The notes under the pieces were generated by a model. That model saw nothing but the letters and a program-made list of their open reading frames with translations, was not told the DNA's origin and did not search any database. A program made the translations under genes and the position numbers. DNA of 64,000 nucleotides from an uncultured virus (IMG/VR IMGVR_UViG_3300046003_003664) (Duplodnaviria; Heunggongvirae; Uroviricota; Caudoviricetes), in IMG/VR virus record IMGVR_UViG_3300046003_003664. One strand, 5' to 3'. The number at the start of each line of letters is the position of its first letter. Positions within the stretch are counted from its first letter, which is position 1. Shown here one piece after another: positions 50,343 to 61,398 of the stretch.

Positions 50343-52880
50343 ATGTCTTCATTCTATACATCTGTTGAACGCAGCGGTAACATGATTTTATGGCGGGGCT
50401 ATGAAAATAACCGCCGCTTTTCTCGTAAGATTAAATATGAACCATCGTTGTTTATTCCAACTAAAGAGGACACGAAATATAAATCTTTGGTCGGAGACCA
50501 TTCTATAAAACCAAAACAGTTTGATACTATGAATGATGCAAAAGATTATGTTGAACGATATAAAGAGGTATCAAACTTTCAGGTTTATGGTAATACAAAC
50601 TTTGTTCAACAATTCATTCAGGAAAAATATCCGAGTGAAATTGACTTTGACATGAACCAGATCAATATCTTTTCGTTTGACATAGAAGTTGATATTTCCA
50701 AAAAACTTCCAGACATGGAAACTGCTGATAATGAAATCACTTCTATTGCTATTAAATCATCTAAATCAGATACATATCATCTTCTTGGCCGTAAAGGCTA
50801 TGACAAGACCAAGACACTGTCTGGTATTGACCCAGACAATATCCAATTCATGGAATTTGATACCGAAAAGGCTCTACTGAACCGCTTCATCCAAATCTGG
50901 ACAAATGACTTTCCAGATATTGTGACCGGATGGAACGTGGAATACTTCGACATTTATTACATCATCACTCGGATCATCCGTTTGTTCGGTGAGGAAAAGG
51001 CCAAAGAACTTTCACCCTGGGGCTACATCCGAAAAGTCACAACTGAAATCTTCAATCGTAATCAATCAACATACAATATCTCTGGTGTCAATATCATTGA
51101 CTATATGGATGCATTCAAGAAGTTCGGTTACAAATATGGCACACAAGAGACATACAAACTAGATCATATTGCACACGTTGTTCTCGGCAAAAAGAAACTT
51201 GATTACTCTCACTATGGTTCATTGACCGAACTATACAATCAAAACCCACAACTTTACCTTGACTATAACCTAATCGACACTCAACTTATCCAGTTGATGG
51301 AAGACGAAACGGCACTCCTTGCTCTTGTTTTGACTGTTGCATATGGTGGTGGTGTCAACTATTCCGACGCATTCGGAACCGTTGGTATCTGGGAATCAAT
51401 CCTTTATCGTAAACTAATGACCAAAAACTTGGTCCCACCCGTTAAATCAGGTCCAGGTGAAAAACTTGGTGAACTTGTTGGTGGTTATGTAAAGGACCCT
51501 GACACTGGTCTGAAAGAATGGATCGTATCTTTCGACCTTAACTCACTGTATCCTCACCTGATGCTCCAATACAACATGTCACCTGAAACTTATATTCCGG
51601 ACCAACGTGAATATATTTCACAGGAAATGGTTCTAAATAATGAATATAGGAATGCAAATCCAGATTATTCGGTCTGTGCAAATGGTGTATGTTTTACCAA
51701 TAAGAAACTTGGCATCATTCCAGAAATCATTCAAGAATATTATAGTAATCGTAAAAAGATTAAAACCGAAATGCTTCGTATTGAACAGCTTGAACAGGAT
51801 ACAAGTGATCCTGTAAAGAAAAAAGAATACAAGAAGCAAATAACACAATTACATAATGCGCAAATGGCTATTAAAATTGCTATGAACAGCTTGTATGGTG
51901 CAACCGCTAATCGTTACTTCCTATACTATATCTCTGAAATGGCCGAGGCTATCACAACATCTGGTCAACTTTCAATTCGGTATTCACAGAAATCTATAAA
52001 TGATTATTTAAATTCTGTTTTGAAAACTGATAATAAAGATTACGTCTCATATGTTGACACTGACTCTAACTATGTGAATATGGCCCCACTTGTTGAAAAG
52101 ATATTTGGAACTACAAAGATTACACGTGAACAAGGTGAAAAGTTCCTTGATGCAGTTTCAAAGGAAAAACTAGAACCTGCCATCCAAGAGGGTTATGAAA
52201 AACTTGCATGGATGATGGGTGCATACCGTAATGCAATGTCCATGAAACGTGAAAAGATTACGGACAAGACTATCTTTATTGCCAAGAAGCGCTATATCAT
52301 GAATGTTTTAAACTCTGAAGGCGTTCACTATGCAAAACCAAAAATTGCAGTTACAGGTGTTGAATCTGTTCGGTCTTCTACTCCAGAAGTCTGCCGAAAT
52401 AAAATGGAAGATGCATTCAAAGTGTTCTTGAACGGAACCGAAACTGATGCACAGGATTTTATTGAAGGTTTCCGTCGTGAATTTTCATCACTTCCCGCCG
52501 CAGAAGTTGCTAAGACATCTGGAACCGATGATATCGGCAAATTCATGGACAAGCAAGGTTGGTATACAAAAGGTTGTCCAATTCACGTCCGAGGCGCGAT
52601 ACTTTACAATAAGTATCTTTCCGATAAAGATCTAAATAACAAATATGAAACAATCAGATCAGGTGATAAAGTAAAATTTGTTTATTTGAAACTTCCCAAC
52701 CCCGTCCGTGAAAATGTGATTGCATTTCCTGGATATCTTCCAACTGAACTCGGTATTGACCGATATGTGGATTATGACACACAATTCGATAAGGTATTCT
52801 TGAAACCTCTCGAAATCGTGCTGCATGCAATGGGTTGGACTTCCAAAAAAGTTGACACGCTTGAAAGTTTTTTTGGTTGA
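50343..52880 (+). CDS. 43: family B DNA polymerase gp43
   Basis: FDIE, SFDLNSLYP, K..MNSLYG, YVDTDS, KKRY. Confidence 0.97.
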   Translation: MSSFYTSVERSGNMILWRGYENNRRFSRKIKYEPSLFIPTKEDTKYKSLVGDHSIKPKQFDTMNDAKDYVERYKEVSNFQVYGNTNFVQQFIQEKYPSEIDFDMNQINIFSFDIEVDISKKLPDMETADNEITSIAIKSSKSDTYHLLGRKGYDKTKTLSGIDPDNIQFMEFDTEKALLNRFIQIWTNDFPDIVTGWNVEYFDIYYIITRIIRLFGEEKAKELSPWGYIRKVTTEIFNRNQSTYNISGVNIIDYMDAFKKFGYKYGTQETYKLDHIAHVVLGKKKLDYSHYGSLTELYNQNPQLYLDYNLIDTQLIQLMEDETALLALVLTVAYGGGVNYSDAFGTVGIWESILYRKLMTKNLVPPVKSGPGEKLGELVGGYVKDPDTGLKEWIVSFDLNSLYPHLMLQYNMSPETYIPDQREYISQEMVLNNEYRNANPDYSVCANGVCFTNKKLGIIPEIIQEYYSNRKKIKTEMLRIEQLEQDTSDPVKKKEYKKQITQLHNAQMAIKIAMNSLYGATANRYFLYYISEMAEAITTSGQLSIRYSQKSINDYLNSVLKTDNKDYVSYVDTDSNYVNMAPLVEKIFGTTKITREQGEKFLDAVSKEKLEPAIQEGYEKLAWMMGAYRNAMSMKREKITDKTIFIAKKRYIMNVLNSEGVHYAKPKIAVTGVESVRSSTPEVCRNKMEDAFKVFLNGTETDAQDFIEGFRREFSSLPAAEVAKTSGTDDIGKFMDKQGWYTKGCPIHVRGAILYNKYLSDKDLNNKYETIRSGDKVKFVYLKLPNPVRENVIAFPGYLPTELGIDRYVDYDTQFDKVFLKPLEIVLHAMGWTSKKVDTLESFFG

Positions 52881-52935
52881 CATATGCATAACTTGTGTTA
52901 AAGTTATCTAAATAGATTTATTTTAGGAGTAAAGT

Positions 52936-53253
52936 ATGAAAGAACAAGTCAGGGATACTTCAAAAGACTATGATGATATGGTCGATTATGTAGCCGAAGA
53001 AAATATCAATAAAGGATCATTAAATGAGTTTCTTGGTGAAACACCAAAAGAATATAAACCAGAAGTCAAGAAAAAAGAACGTGATAATGAATTTCCAGAA
53101 GATTGGCAGAGACTAATGGTAAACTTTCATTCCGAAAAAGACTATATTGAGTTTATGAACAAAATCGGAAGTAAACCTGTTCCGAAATTAAAGGGGTTTA
53201 TCTATGAAACACCAGGTGAAAAATCAGCATTTTCTGACTTCTTTGGAGATTAA
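52936..53253 (+). CDS. hypothetical protein
   Basis: GGAG RBS after promoter near 52877. Confidence 0.65.
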   Translation: MKEQVRDTSKDYDDMVDYVAEENINKGSLNEFLGETPKEYKPEVKKKERDNEFPEDWQRLMVNFHSEKDYIEFMNKIGSKPVPKLKGFIYETPGEKSAFSDFFGD

Positions 53254-53255
53254 AT

Positions 53256-53579
53256 ATGAGCACATTAATTGAAATTAATACAGTAGAAGAATTACAAAAT
53301 CACTGGCGCGATCATTATCTTCAATGGTGGGCTGCAGGCATGCCGAGTTTTAGACAACCATCCAAAGACCCGTGGAAACAAATTGTAATTAAATTTAAGA
53401 ATAAAGAAGATCGTGAACATTTTGGACAATTATTCGGATACAAATTGACAGATCGAACTGATGTGGTATCATATCCAGATAGACCGCGCGATCCAAATAT
53501 GATGAGTCGATATGTTGAAGAAGGATATGAACAAGATAAAATTGAAGGAATTAGTGAAGATGACGACACAGATGAATGA
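53256..53579 (+). CDS. hypothetical protein
   Basis: W..GMP.F.Q motif; directly upstream of the glycosyltransferase. Confidence 0.65.
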   Translation: MSTLIEINTVEELQNHWRDHYLQWWAAGMPSFRQPSKDPWKQIVIKFKNKEDREHFGQLFGYKLTDRTDVVSYPDRPRDPNMMSRYVEEGYEQDKIEGISEDDDTDE

Positions 53580-54516
53580 TAATCCTCGATACCCCATCTA
53601 TGTGATATCGAAAGGCCGCTGGGAATCAAGACACACAGCAAGAACTCTGGACAAGATGGGTGTTCCGTATTATCTTGCTGTTGAACCACAAGAATATGAT
53701 AACTATGTAAATGCAGTGGGCAAAGAAAAAGTTTTGGCTCTACCTTTCAGCAACCATGGGCTAGGTTCTGGACCTGCTAGAAATTGGTGTTGGGAACATT
53801 CAAAGGCAACTGGTTTCAAGCGGCATTGGCTTATGGATGATAATATGCTCGACTTCTATCGTCTACATAATAACAAGCGTTACCGCGTAGATAAAGGTTC
53901 CGCAATTTTCCGTGCCGCAGAAGATTTTGTTGATCGGTTTGAAAATATTGCACTTTCAGGTTTTCAATACAAATTCTTTGCAATTGATGATTGTGCATAC
54001 CCTCCATATATTTTAAATACACGCATAATGTCTTGTTTCCTTATTGATAATGACTGCCCTGTAATGTGGCGCGGTAAGTATAATGAAGACGTTGATCTTT
54101 CAATTAGAGTTTTGAAAGAAGGTCTTTGCACTATGTTATTCTATTCGTTCCTTTGTGGGAAACTCCGGACTGGTACGGTTAAAGGTGGTAATACTACCGA
54201 AATCTATAACAACTATCAGGAAGATGCATCATATAATAAGTCCAAGATGCTTTATGAAATGCATCCAGACTGTGTTGAACTTGTAGAAAAATATGGTAGA
54301 GCACACCACCATGTAAACCTTGATAAAATCATAAATAAGTTCGGCCAACCTGCTAGACAAAATGTTCCAATCTTGAAAAAAGATGTTGACATAGTCAATA
54401 AAGTAGATAATTATGGTATGGAATTATACCGTAACTATGGGTCAAATAACACATTTTCAGATCCTACATTCAGTTTAAATGAATACCCCAAGGGGAGACT
54501 TTCTAATCATGCATAA
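53560..54516 (+). CDS. GT-A fold glycosyltransferase, TAGT/GREB1-like (putative DNA modifier)
   Basis: [31 protein letters not shown]; start uncertain. Confidence 0.65.
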   Translation: MTTQMNDNPRYPIYVISKGRWESRHTARTLDKMGVPYYLAVEPQEYDNYVNAVGKEKVLALPFSNHGLGSGPARNWCWEHSKATGFKRHWLMDDNMLDFYRLHNNKRYRVDKGSAIFRAAEDFVDRFENIALSGFQYKFFAIDDCAYPPYILNTRIMSCFLIDNDCPVMWRGKYNEDVDLSIRVLKEGLCTMLFYSFLCGKLRTGTVKGGNTTEIYNNYQEDASYNKSKMLYEMHPDCVELVEKYGRAHHHVNLDKIINKFGQPARQNVPILKKDVDIVNKVDNYGMELYRNYGSNNTFSDPTFSLNEYPKGRLSNHA

Positions 54517-55366
54517 TATTCTTGTCACAGGTGGTGCTGGTTTTGTCGGCAGCCACCTGTGTGAACGTCTTGTATCACTGGGGCATAATGTTACATCACT
54601 TGATAATTATTTTACTGGCTCAAGTGATAATCATATTTCGGGTGTAACTTATATTAACGGAAGTACTGAAGATATACTGTCTTTACTTTACAGTGAAACT
54701 TTTGAATATGTTTATCACCTTGGTGAATATTCACGAGTAGAACAATCATTTGATGATATGGAACTTGTATGGAATTTTAATAAAGTAGGAACATATGAAG
54801 TTCTTAAATATGTAAAACAATGTAATGCAAAATTAATTTATGCTGGTTCATCAACCAAATTTGCAAAAGTTGATGTTATAAGTCCATATCAATGGTCGAA
54901 AGCATCCAATACAGATTTTGTAAATCAATATTGTTCATGGCATTCTATTGACTATGCTATTACGTATTTCTATAATGTTTATGGTAAACGTGAAATCAAA
55001 GACGGAAAATATGCTACACTTATTGCTAAATACAAGTCATTAATGAAACAAGGCAAAAAACTTCCTATTGTAATGCCAGGTATCCAACAGAGAAATTTTA
55101 CACACATTGATGATATTGTCGATGCTTTAATTCTTGTTGGTTTCGGTGGACAAGGCGACGAATACGGTATTGGAAATCCAAATTCGTATTCAATTCAAGA
55201 AGTTGCCGAAATGTTTGGTGGTGAAATTGAATATTTACCAGAACGAAAAGGTAATCGCCTAAGTGCAGAGGTTAAGAGTGAAAAAACTATAGAATTGGGG
55301 TGGAAACCTCAGAAAGAATTAACTAAATATATCGAATTGTTAAAATATAATGGATGGTGTGACTAA
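54509..55366 (+). CDS. NAD-dependent nucleotide-sugar epimerase/dehydratase
   Basis: [12 protein letters not shown], YxxxK, RNFTHIDD. Confidence 0.88.
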   Translation: MHNILVTGGAGFVGSHLCERLVSLGHNVTSLDNYFTGSSDNHISGVTYINGSTEDILSLLYSETFEYVYHLGEYSRVEQSFDDMELVWNFNKVGTYEVLKYVKQCNAKLIYAGSSTKFAKVDVISPYQWSKASNTDFVNQYCSWHSIDYAITYFYNVYGKREIKDGKYATLIAKYKSLMKQGKKLPIVMPGIQQRNFTHIDDIVDALILVGFGGQGDEYGIGNPNSYSIQEVAEMFGGEIEYLPERKGNRLSAEVKSEKTIELGWKPQKELTKYIELLKYNGWCD

Positions 55367-55367
55367 T

Positions 55368-56213
55368 ATGAAAAAGTTAAGAATGGCTATTGTGGGGCAC
55401 GGGTTTGTCGGTGCAGCAGTAGATTATGGGTTTCCGAATGGTAACTGTAATAAAACAATCATTGATCCGAAATATGGAACTCAAGTCTCTGATTTAATGG
55501 AATCTGATGTTGAAGTGTCATTTGTTTGTGTTCCAACTCCGATGGGGCAAGATGCAAGCATTGATGCTTCAATTCTAGTTTCTACTGTAACTGATTTGCT
55601 TGCATACACGTCTGGTATGATTGTGATTAAATCAACAGTCATTCCGAGTATTGTCGGTGAACTTGCAAAAGATCCAAGAGTCATTTACAATCCAGAATTT
55701 TTGACCGAAAAGTCTGCAAATGAAGATTTTGTCAATCCGATCATGCACGTGTTCGGTGGAGATTCTGAACAAACAGAAAAACTTGAAAAGATCTACACTA
55801 GATATAGTGCATGTAAACCATGTGCTGTTTACCACATGACCGCCGAAGAAGCAAGTTTTGTCAAATATGGTATGAATTCATTTTTAATGACAAAGGTATT
55901 ATTTTTCAACCAACTTTTTGATTTAATTGAAAAGAACGGTTCTAATTTTAGTATTATACAAAAGGCAATCACTACGGATCCTAGGATAGGCAGTTCACAT
56001 ACTATGGTACCTGGACATGACGGTCGCAAAGGTGCCGCGGGGGCATGTTTTGCAAAAGACGGACCTGCATTTGTTATGTATGCAAAAAAAGAAAAAAACC
56101 ACTTTACTATATTAGAAGAAGTTATAAGAACAAATCAAAAATATAGAAATTCTTATGGTGAGCCTCTACCAAGAGAGAAAGAACAACATATTAATTTCAA
56201 TTATGATATCTGA
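55368..56213 (+). CDS. UDP-glucose/GDP-mannose dehydrogenase-like protein
   Basis: GHGFVG, CVPTP, IKST, NPEFL, G.CF.KD. Confidence 0.85.
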   Translation: MKKLRMAIVGHGFVGAAVDYGFPNGNCNKTIIDPKYGTQVSDLMESDVEVSFVCVPTPMGQDASIDASILVSTVTDLLAYTSGMIVIKSTVIPSIVGELAKDPRVIYNPEFLTEKSANEDFVNPIMHVFGGDSEQTEKLEKIYTRYSACKPCAVYHMTAEEASFVKYGMNSFLMTKVLFFNQLFDLIEKNGSNFSIIQKAITTDPRIGSSHTMVPGHDGRKGAAGACFAKDGPAFVMYAKKEKNHFTILEEVIRTNQKYRNSYGEPLPREKEQHINFNYDI

Positions 56214-57235
56214 TCTTTCGCAATTACGGAAAAACCTATTTCTCTATAGGTTTTTCCCACTATATTATTAAAAAAATTAGTTTGCAAGAAAATACTATTC
56301 CTATAAACTCTCAATGATATTTTTCTATCACATTTTATGCACCATGTTTTCATTTTTTCACGAGAAATACCCATATCTATTAAACTTGATGCAGAATCAA
56401 ATATTCCTATGGGTGTTGAATAAAAATACTTATGTTTATGATGATTTATCCCAGACATTTTTTCGGAAATTTTATCTTTAGTTTCATTTGATACTATTTT
56501 TCCTTTCTGTGATTTAGACATTTTTTCTCTAGTTTCATCAGACCTTTTTAGACCAAGTTGCCCCTTTCCTATATTTTCTTTATGAGTTTCCGAAAGTAAT
56601 CTGCCTGTTAATGCTTTCCTAACTTTTTCTGTGTGCTCACTGCTTTTCTTTTTACCTCGTAAACCAGAGGATATATTATTTTTATGAGCTGTTGTTTTGC
56701 GTACTCCTTTACTTGTATTTGAAATTTTGTGTTTATGATCATCCTTTAATGATATACCTTTTAAAATTGGAATATAATTGCCGTTTAGATAATTGTGATC
56801 GTCTATATTTGATTTAAAATATATCTCTGGATTATTTTTGTCATATACAACAACTTTATTTTTGTTTCTTTTAGAAATATTTGTTACTGCTTCTACTCTA
56901 AGTTTATCGTAAATTCTGGAGTTCATAAATGTTTTTCTCCTGCATTTCATACCCCATATTGCATCTACACAAGAATAACTTTTTGGATAAGCTTTCCAAA
57001 GTAATAAGTGTGCAATAAAATGTTGGCGATGTGTTAAAAATGCTTTATTCCAAGGATAAATTAAAAATGATTTATATTCTGGAAACATGTCATTTGCTTT
57101 CGGGCAAATATGGTGTTTTTCAATATTACCATTATAATTAGTATTTTTAAGTTGACATTTTTGAATAAATGTTATATACTTATTCAAATAATGTGAATTG
57201 TGCGGCTTACTTGCCAAAATGGAATAAATATCCAT
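56201..57235 (-). CDS. HNH-type homing endonuclease with NUMOD3 repeats
   Basis: EKHHICPK...LTHRQHFIAHLLL; repeated S.ET..K.S motifs; antisense insertion. Confidence 0.8.
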   Translation of the reverse strand: MDIYSILASKPHNSHYLNKYITFIQKCQLKNTNYNGNIEKHHICPKANDMFPEYKSFLIYPWNKAFLTHRQHFIAHLLLWKAYPKSYSCVDAIWGMKCRRKTFMNSRIYDKLRVEAVTNISKRNKNKVVVYDKNNPEIYFKSNIDDHNYLNGNYIPILKGISLKDDHKHKISNTSKGVRKTTAHKNNISSGLRGKKKSSEHTEKVRKALTGRLLSETHKENIGKGQLGLKRSDETREKMSKSQKGKIVSNETKDKISEKMSGINHHKHKYFYSTPIGIFDSASSLIDMGISREKMKTWCIKCDRKISLRVYRNSIFLQTNFFNNIVGKTYREIGFSVIAKDQIS

Positions 57236-57308
57236 GCTGCGTTCCTTTTAAAATTATCAACGTAGAGTAGATGGGACTGGTACTCCGTGATCTACACTAT
57301 TATTTATA
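57233..57308 (-). promoter_or_regulatory. Late promoter plus conserved structured leader of homing endonuclease
   Basis: TATAAATA...GTAGAT-CAC-GGA-loop-TCC-C-ATCTAC...AAGGAACGCAGCATG. Confidence 0.7.
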
Positions 57309-57347
57309 AAGTTGTTTACCTAAAGACAAATATATCATGAGTGAGGT

Positions 57348-57680
57348 TTGACTATGACATCTGAAAATTTCAATAACTTAACACCAGCAGAAACAGAACG
57401 GCTTGCTATGCTTGCCGAAGAGTGCGCAGAAGTAATCCAAGTAGTAGGAAAAATACTTCGGCATGGCTATGACAGTAGTAATCCTACAATACCGAAAGAA
57501 CACGGTGTTTTTATTCCTACCAACTTTGGTGATCTCATCAAAGAGTTAAGAGACATACAAGGTGTTATCTATGGCATGGTTCAAGCACGTGACTTGCCAC
57601 GTGACTTTCTTGAAAATGAAGAACCAGAAAATGTATGGCAAAAGAAACTAAAATGGACTCACCACCAGGATAAAAATTAA
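57348..57680 (+). CDS. MazG-like NTP pyrophosphatase-fold protein
   Basis: LAEECAEVIQ...KILRHG, ELRD. Confidence 0.6.
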   Translation: MTMTSENFNNLTPAETERLAMLAEECAEVIQVVGKILRHGYDSSNPTIPKEHGVFIPTNFGDLIKELRDIQGVIYGMVQARDLPRDFLENEEPENVWQKKLKWTHHQDKN

Positions 57681-58171
57681 TGCCAAAAGTTAATTCAAAA
57701 TGGGATGCTCGGTTCATGAAATTAGCCCGAGAAATTTCAACATGGTCTAAAGATCCAAGCTCAAAGATTGGTGCAGTCATTGTCAATGACGAGCGCAGAA
57801 TACTTGCCACTGGTTACAACGGGTTTCCAAAAGGTATTGAAGATACCGAAGAGAGATTAAATGACCGTGAACAAAAGTATCCTAGAATTGTGCACGCAGA
57901 AATGAACTCATTGATGCATGCGCTACACAGTGGTGTGTCGGTAAAAGGTGCTACAATTTATGTTTATGGACTTCCAGTCTGCCCTGAATGTACAAAATCT
58001 ATAATTCAAGCTGGTATTAAAAGAGTTGTCATGTCACCAGATCCATATGTCTATATCACACCATGGACAGAAAAGTGGGATAAAGTTTCAAAACAAATGA
58101 TTGTAGAAGTCGGTGACATTGGCATTACATATACAAATTCAGATAAATTGGATTGGACAGTGAATGGCTAA
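57680..58171 (+). CDS. cd: dCMP deaminase
   Basis: GYNG, HAE, C.ECTK. Confidence 0.9.
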   Translation: MPKVNSKWDARFMKLAREISTWSKDPSSKIGAVIVNDERRILATGYNGFPKGIEDTEERLNDREQKYPRIVHAEMNSLMHALHSGVSVKGATIYVYGLPVCPECTKSIIQAGIKRVVMSPDPYVYITPWTEKWDKVSKQMIVEVGDIGITYTNSDKLDWTVNG

Positions 58172-58811
58172 AAATCTCAAAGATATATACGTCGGTGTGA
58201 AAAAAGATGATGAAAATCGGAATGAAAATGATCTTTATCCAACACCGCCAATAGCAACATATATACTTCAGAAATATGTTGATTTACCGAAGAATATTAT
58301 TGAACCATGTGCTGGGCGCGGTAATATTTCTATTGAACTAATTCGGAATGGGTTTAATGTTAAATCATTCGATATGCACGAATATCCAGATCAATTATGT
58401 TCTATTCAAACTGGACAAGATGTTTTAACTCTTCCAAAACAAGTTGATTATGATGCTTTTGTGACAAATCCACCATATTTTCAGGATTTACCTCGTAAAA
58501 TAGCAGAAAAGGGTGTGTCCGAATATGCAGTGACCGCTTTATTTGTTCGTTTGACATATCTAGAAGGCAAAAAACGAAATAAACTATTTACAAAAAATGT
58601 TCCAAGTGATATAATTATCCTCTCGGATCGTATTAGATTTGGAGCCGGGTATCCTGAAGCTATAAATAAAAATGAGCAACTTGGCGGTATGATTGCATAT
58701 ATGTGGATTATTTGGGATAAACGGAAAGATAATTCATCTACAAAACTTCGTTGGGTTCTTTTAGAAGATGAATATGATGAATGGAGACAACATTATGAGG
58801 ATACTAAATGA
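58164..58811 (+). CDS. DNA amino-methyltransferase (m6A/m4C)
   Basis: YPTP, EPCAG.G, TNPPY. Confidence 0.8.
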   Translation: MAKNLKDIYVGVKKDDENRNENDLYPTPPIATYILQKYVDLPKNIIEPCAGRGNISIELIRNGFNVKSFDMHEYPDQLCSIQTGQDVLTLPKQVDYDAFVTNPPYFQDLPRKIAEKGVSEYAVTALFVRLTYLEGKKRNKLFTKNVPSDIIILSDRIRFGAGYPEAINKNEQLGGMIAYMWIIWDKRKDNSSTKLRWVLLEDEYDEWRQHYEDTK

Positions 58812-59881
58812 CTAAAATTGTAATGCCTTTCTTAATGAATGATGAAAACGATTTAGATTCACCAAGAGTTTCTGGCGGACTAGAACGATTCTCGCAGTTT
58901 ATTTACAAATATGCAAATGCGGAAGTAATTCCGTTCTATTATAACCGAGATGATCGCAAAAATAGAACTGTAACGCCAAAGTTACTTGCATTTATACATA
59001 ACCATAAACCTGACCTTGTTATTTCAAATCAAGATTCGGGAACTATTACAACTAATATCCAAAAAATGGTTGATGTACCTATGATGTGGATATCACATAC
59101 AGCATCTGGTGGTATTTTTAAAATCCCTCAACTTGATATGATGAAAGAGTTTGTCGACAACGGTGGTACTCTTGCTATGGTTAGTCAATGGCAATATGAT
59201 GGTATGAATGATCTGTCCAAGAGAGTTCGGAGCAGAGAACTTGAATTAAATGGTGGTCTAATTAATTCTGCATTCTGCAATGGAGATGAACAAGTTTCTA
59301 TGCAGATTGATTATGATTGTGTCACCATTGGCAGAGTTGACAAGGAAAAAGATCCATTTCTTTTACATAAACTTGCAGGTAAGAGTGACTTGAAATCATT
59401 GGTTCTTACCTCTGCGTATGAATTACTTCCAGTTCAACAAGAATACCTTGACAAGAATAACCATTGGGAAAGCCCAAAGGAAACCATGTTTAATCTAAAA
59501 CACGTCGAAGTTATGGATCACCTATCAAGATCTGGTGTTTATCTTTCCACTTGTGCCAGAGAGACCTGGGGTATTACTGCACTTGAAGCATTTGCTCGTG
59601 GTGTACCAGTAGTTTTATTCAGAATTGGCGCTAATAAAAACAAACACGCTTCTGAGGATATTGCACCAGGACCAGAGTATTTTGAAGCAATGACTAATAA
59701 AACTGAGAAGGACTTCAAATTAGCAGTTGACAAATTACTAAAAGTTGATAGAATGGAACTATCACAAAAGACCAAAGAGAAACATTCCAAAGAAAATTGG
59801 GTGCAAACTCTTAATAATCTTATTGATAAAGCAATCGAAAATAAAAAGCAACATCAGAAACCTGTATCATGGTTTGATTAA
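58808..59881 (+). CDS. GT-B (GT4-like) glycosyltransferase
   Basis: GGLE, GR...K, ETWGITALEA...GVPV. Confidence 0.75.
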   Translation: MTKIVMPFLMNDENDLDSPRVSGGLERFSQFIYKYANAEVIPFYYNRDDRKNRTVTPKLLAFIHNHKPDLVISNQDSGTITTNIQKMVDVPMMWISHTASGGIFKIPQLDMMKEFVDNGGTLAMVSQWQYDGMNDLSKRVRSRELELNGGLINSAFCNGDEQVSMQIDYDCVTIGRVDKEKDPFLLHKLAGKSDLKSLVLTSAYELLPVQQEYLDKNNHWESPKETMFNLKHVEVMDHLSRSGVYLSTCARETWGITALEAFARGVPVVLFRIGANKNKHASEDIAPGPEYFEAMTNKTEKDFKLAVDKLLKVDRMELSQKTKEKHSKENWVQTLNNLIDKAIENKKQHQKPVSWFD

Positions 59882-59892
59882 GAAAGTATATT

Positions 59893-60528
59893 ATGAAATT
59901 AATCTTTATAGATTTTGAAACAATGGGCGATGATGTGCTCGAACCTTGTGCCGCAGTAGACATGGCTATACTTGTCGCCGATACGGATAAAATGTTGTCT
60001 GACAATCCTTATTCTTGTAGAGACGTTACCCTTTCAAAGAAGTTTAAATTGTCAGTGAAAGATCAAGTCACGAATTATGGGTTTATTGTCCAAGATACTG
60101 CGCTTAAATTTTGGCAAGAAGTATCACCAGAAGCTCGTAAACATGTCAAACCTTCCCCCGATGATCTTACCGTAGATCAGTTTATCAATCAACTGATTAC
60201 ACATATGAATACAATTGGTAAGTTTGACTATTGGTTCTCACGTGGTAATACTTTTGATCCAATTATTCTCCAAAGACTATTTAAAGTAGTTGGCAAAACT
60301 TACACCTTTAAGGAATATTTCCGATTTAATAGAGTGCAAGATATGCGAACTCATATTAATGCTAAATTGAATAATCCCGTTACTACAAATATTACCCCAA
60401 TCCAAGACGAAGAATTTTGGAAATCAGTTTTTGTAGAGCACGACAGCGCGTGGGATATTCTTGCCGATATGCTGCGGTATCAAACAATCCTTAGACTAGA
60501 AAATGATTTAGAACAACCGAAAAGGTGA
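59893..60528 (+). CDS. dexA: 3'-5' exonuclease DexA-like
   Basis: IDFET, RGN.FD, D.RT, H.S..D. Confidence 0.8.
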   Translation: MKLIFIDFETMGDDVLEPCAAVDMAILVADTDKMLSDNPYSCRDVTLSKKFKLSVKDQVTNYGFIVQDTALKFWQEVSPEARKHVKPSPDDLTVDQFINQLITHMNTIGKFDYWFSRGNTFDPIILQRLFKVVGKTYTFKEYFRFNRVQDMRTHINAKLNNPVTTNITPIQDEEFWKSVFVEHDSAWDILADMLRYQTILRLENDLEQPKR

Positions 60529-60531
60529 TAA

Positions 60532-61398
60532 ATGAAACTTGAAATAACTACAGAAGACTTACGAAAGTATTCCATATTCCTCGGCACTCCTATGTATGGA
60601 GGTAATTGCGCAGGTCTTTTTTGTAAATCTACAAATGATCTTTTTAAACTTTGTGCTACACATGGAATTGAGGTTAAAGAATATTTTCTTTTTAACGAGA
60701 GTTTAGTTCAACGTGCAAGAAATTATGTTGTTGATGAATTTTTGCGATCAGATTGTACACATTTGATGTTTGTTGATGCTGATATTGGATTTAATCCTAA
60801 AGATGTATTAATGCTATTAGCACTGCAAATATCAGATCCGGTAAAATATCAGATTGTTACTGGTCCATATCCTAAGAAAACAATTGCATGGGAAAAAGTA
60901 AAATCTGCTGTTAAAAATGGCAAAGCAGAAAATCCTTCCGATCTTGCCTTTTATTCTGCAGATTATGTATTTAATCCTGCAAGAGAAGTTCAATCATTTA
61001 AAATTGACGAGCCAGTTGAAGTTGCCGAAGGTGGTACTGGGTTTATGCTTATTCCTAGAACTGTGCTAGAAAAATATTCTGCAGCATATCCAGAGTATAG
61101 TTATAAACCAGACCATGTAAGATCTGAAAATTTTAACGGTGATAGAGAAATCACTGCATTCTTTGATTGTGGAATTGATCCAGAAACAAAGCGGTATCTA
61201 TCTGAGGATTATTTCTTCTGTAAAAATGCTCGTAAGATAGGTATTACAATTCATATGTGTCCATGGATGCAATTACAACATGTTGGAACTTATGTCTTCC
61301 GCGGCTCGATGGCAGCAATCGCATCTATTGGAGCGTCTCCTACAGCAGGAGCCGATGCAAAAGCAAAGAAAAAGAATAAATTAGGGACAAGACCATGA
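60532..61398 (+). CDS. GT-A-like conserved phage protein
   Basis: TPMYGG, NESLV.RARN, FVDADI, GTGFM, YLSEDY.FC. Confidence 0.7.
   Translation: MKLEITTEDLRKYSIFLGTPMYGGNCAGLFCKSTNDLFKLCATHGIEVKEYFLFNESLVQRARNYVVDEFLRSDCTHLMFVDADIGFNPKDVLMLLALQISDPVKYQIVTGPYPKKTIAWEKVKSAVKNGKAENPSDLAFYSADYVFNPAREVQSFKIDEPVEVAEGGTGFMLIPRTVLEKYSAAYPEYSYKPDHVRSENFNGDREITAFFDCGIDPETKRYLSEDYFFCKNARKIGITIHMCPWMQLQHVGTYVFRGSMAAIASIGASPTAGADAKAKKKNKLGTRP

Noticed and set aside
50343..52880. Split or intein-containing DNA polymerase
   Set aside because: Single 845 aa ORF with all motifs at normal spacing.
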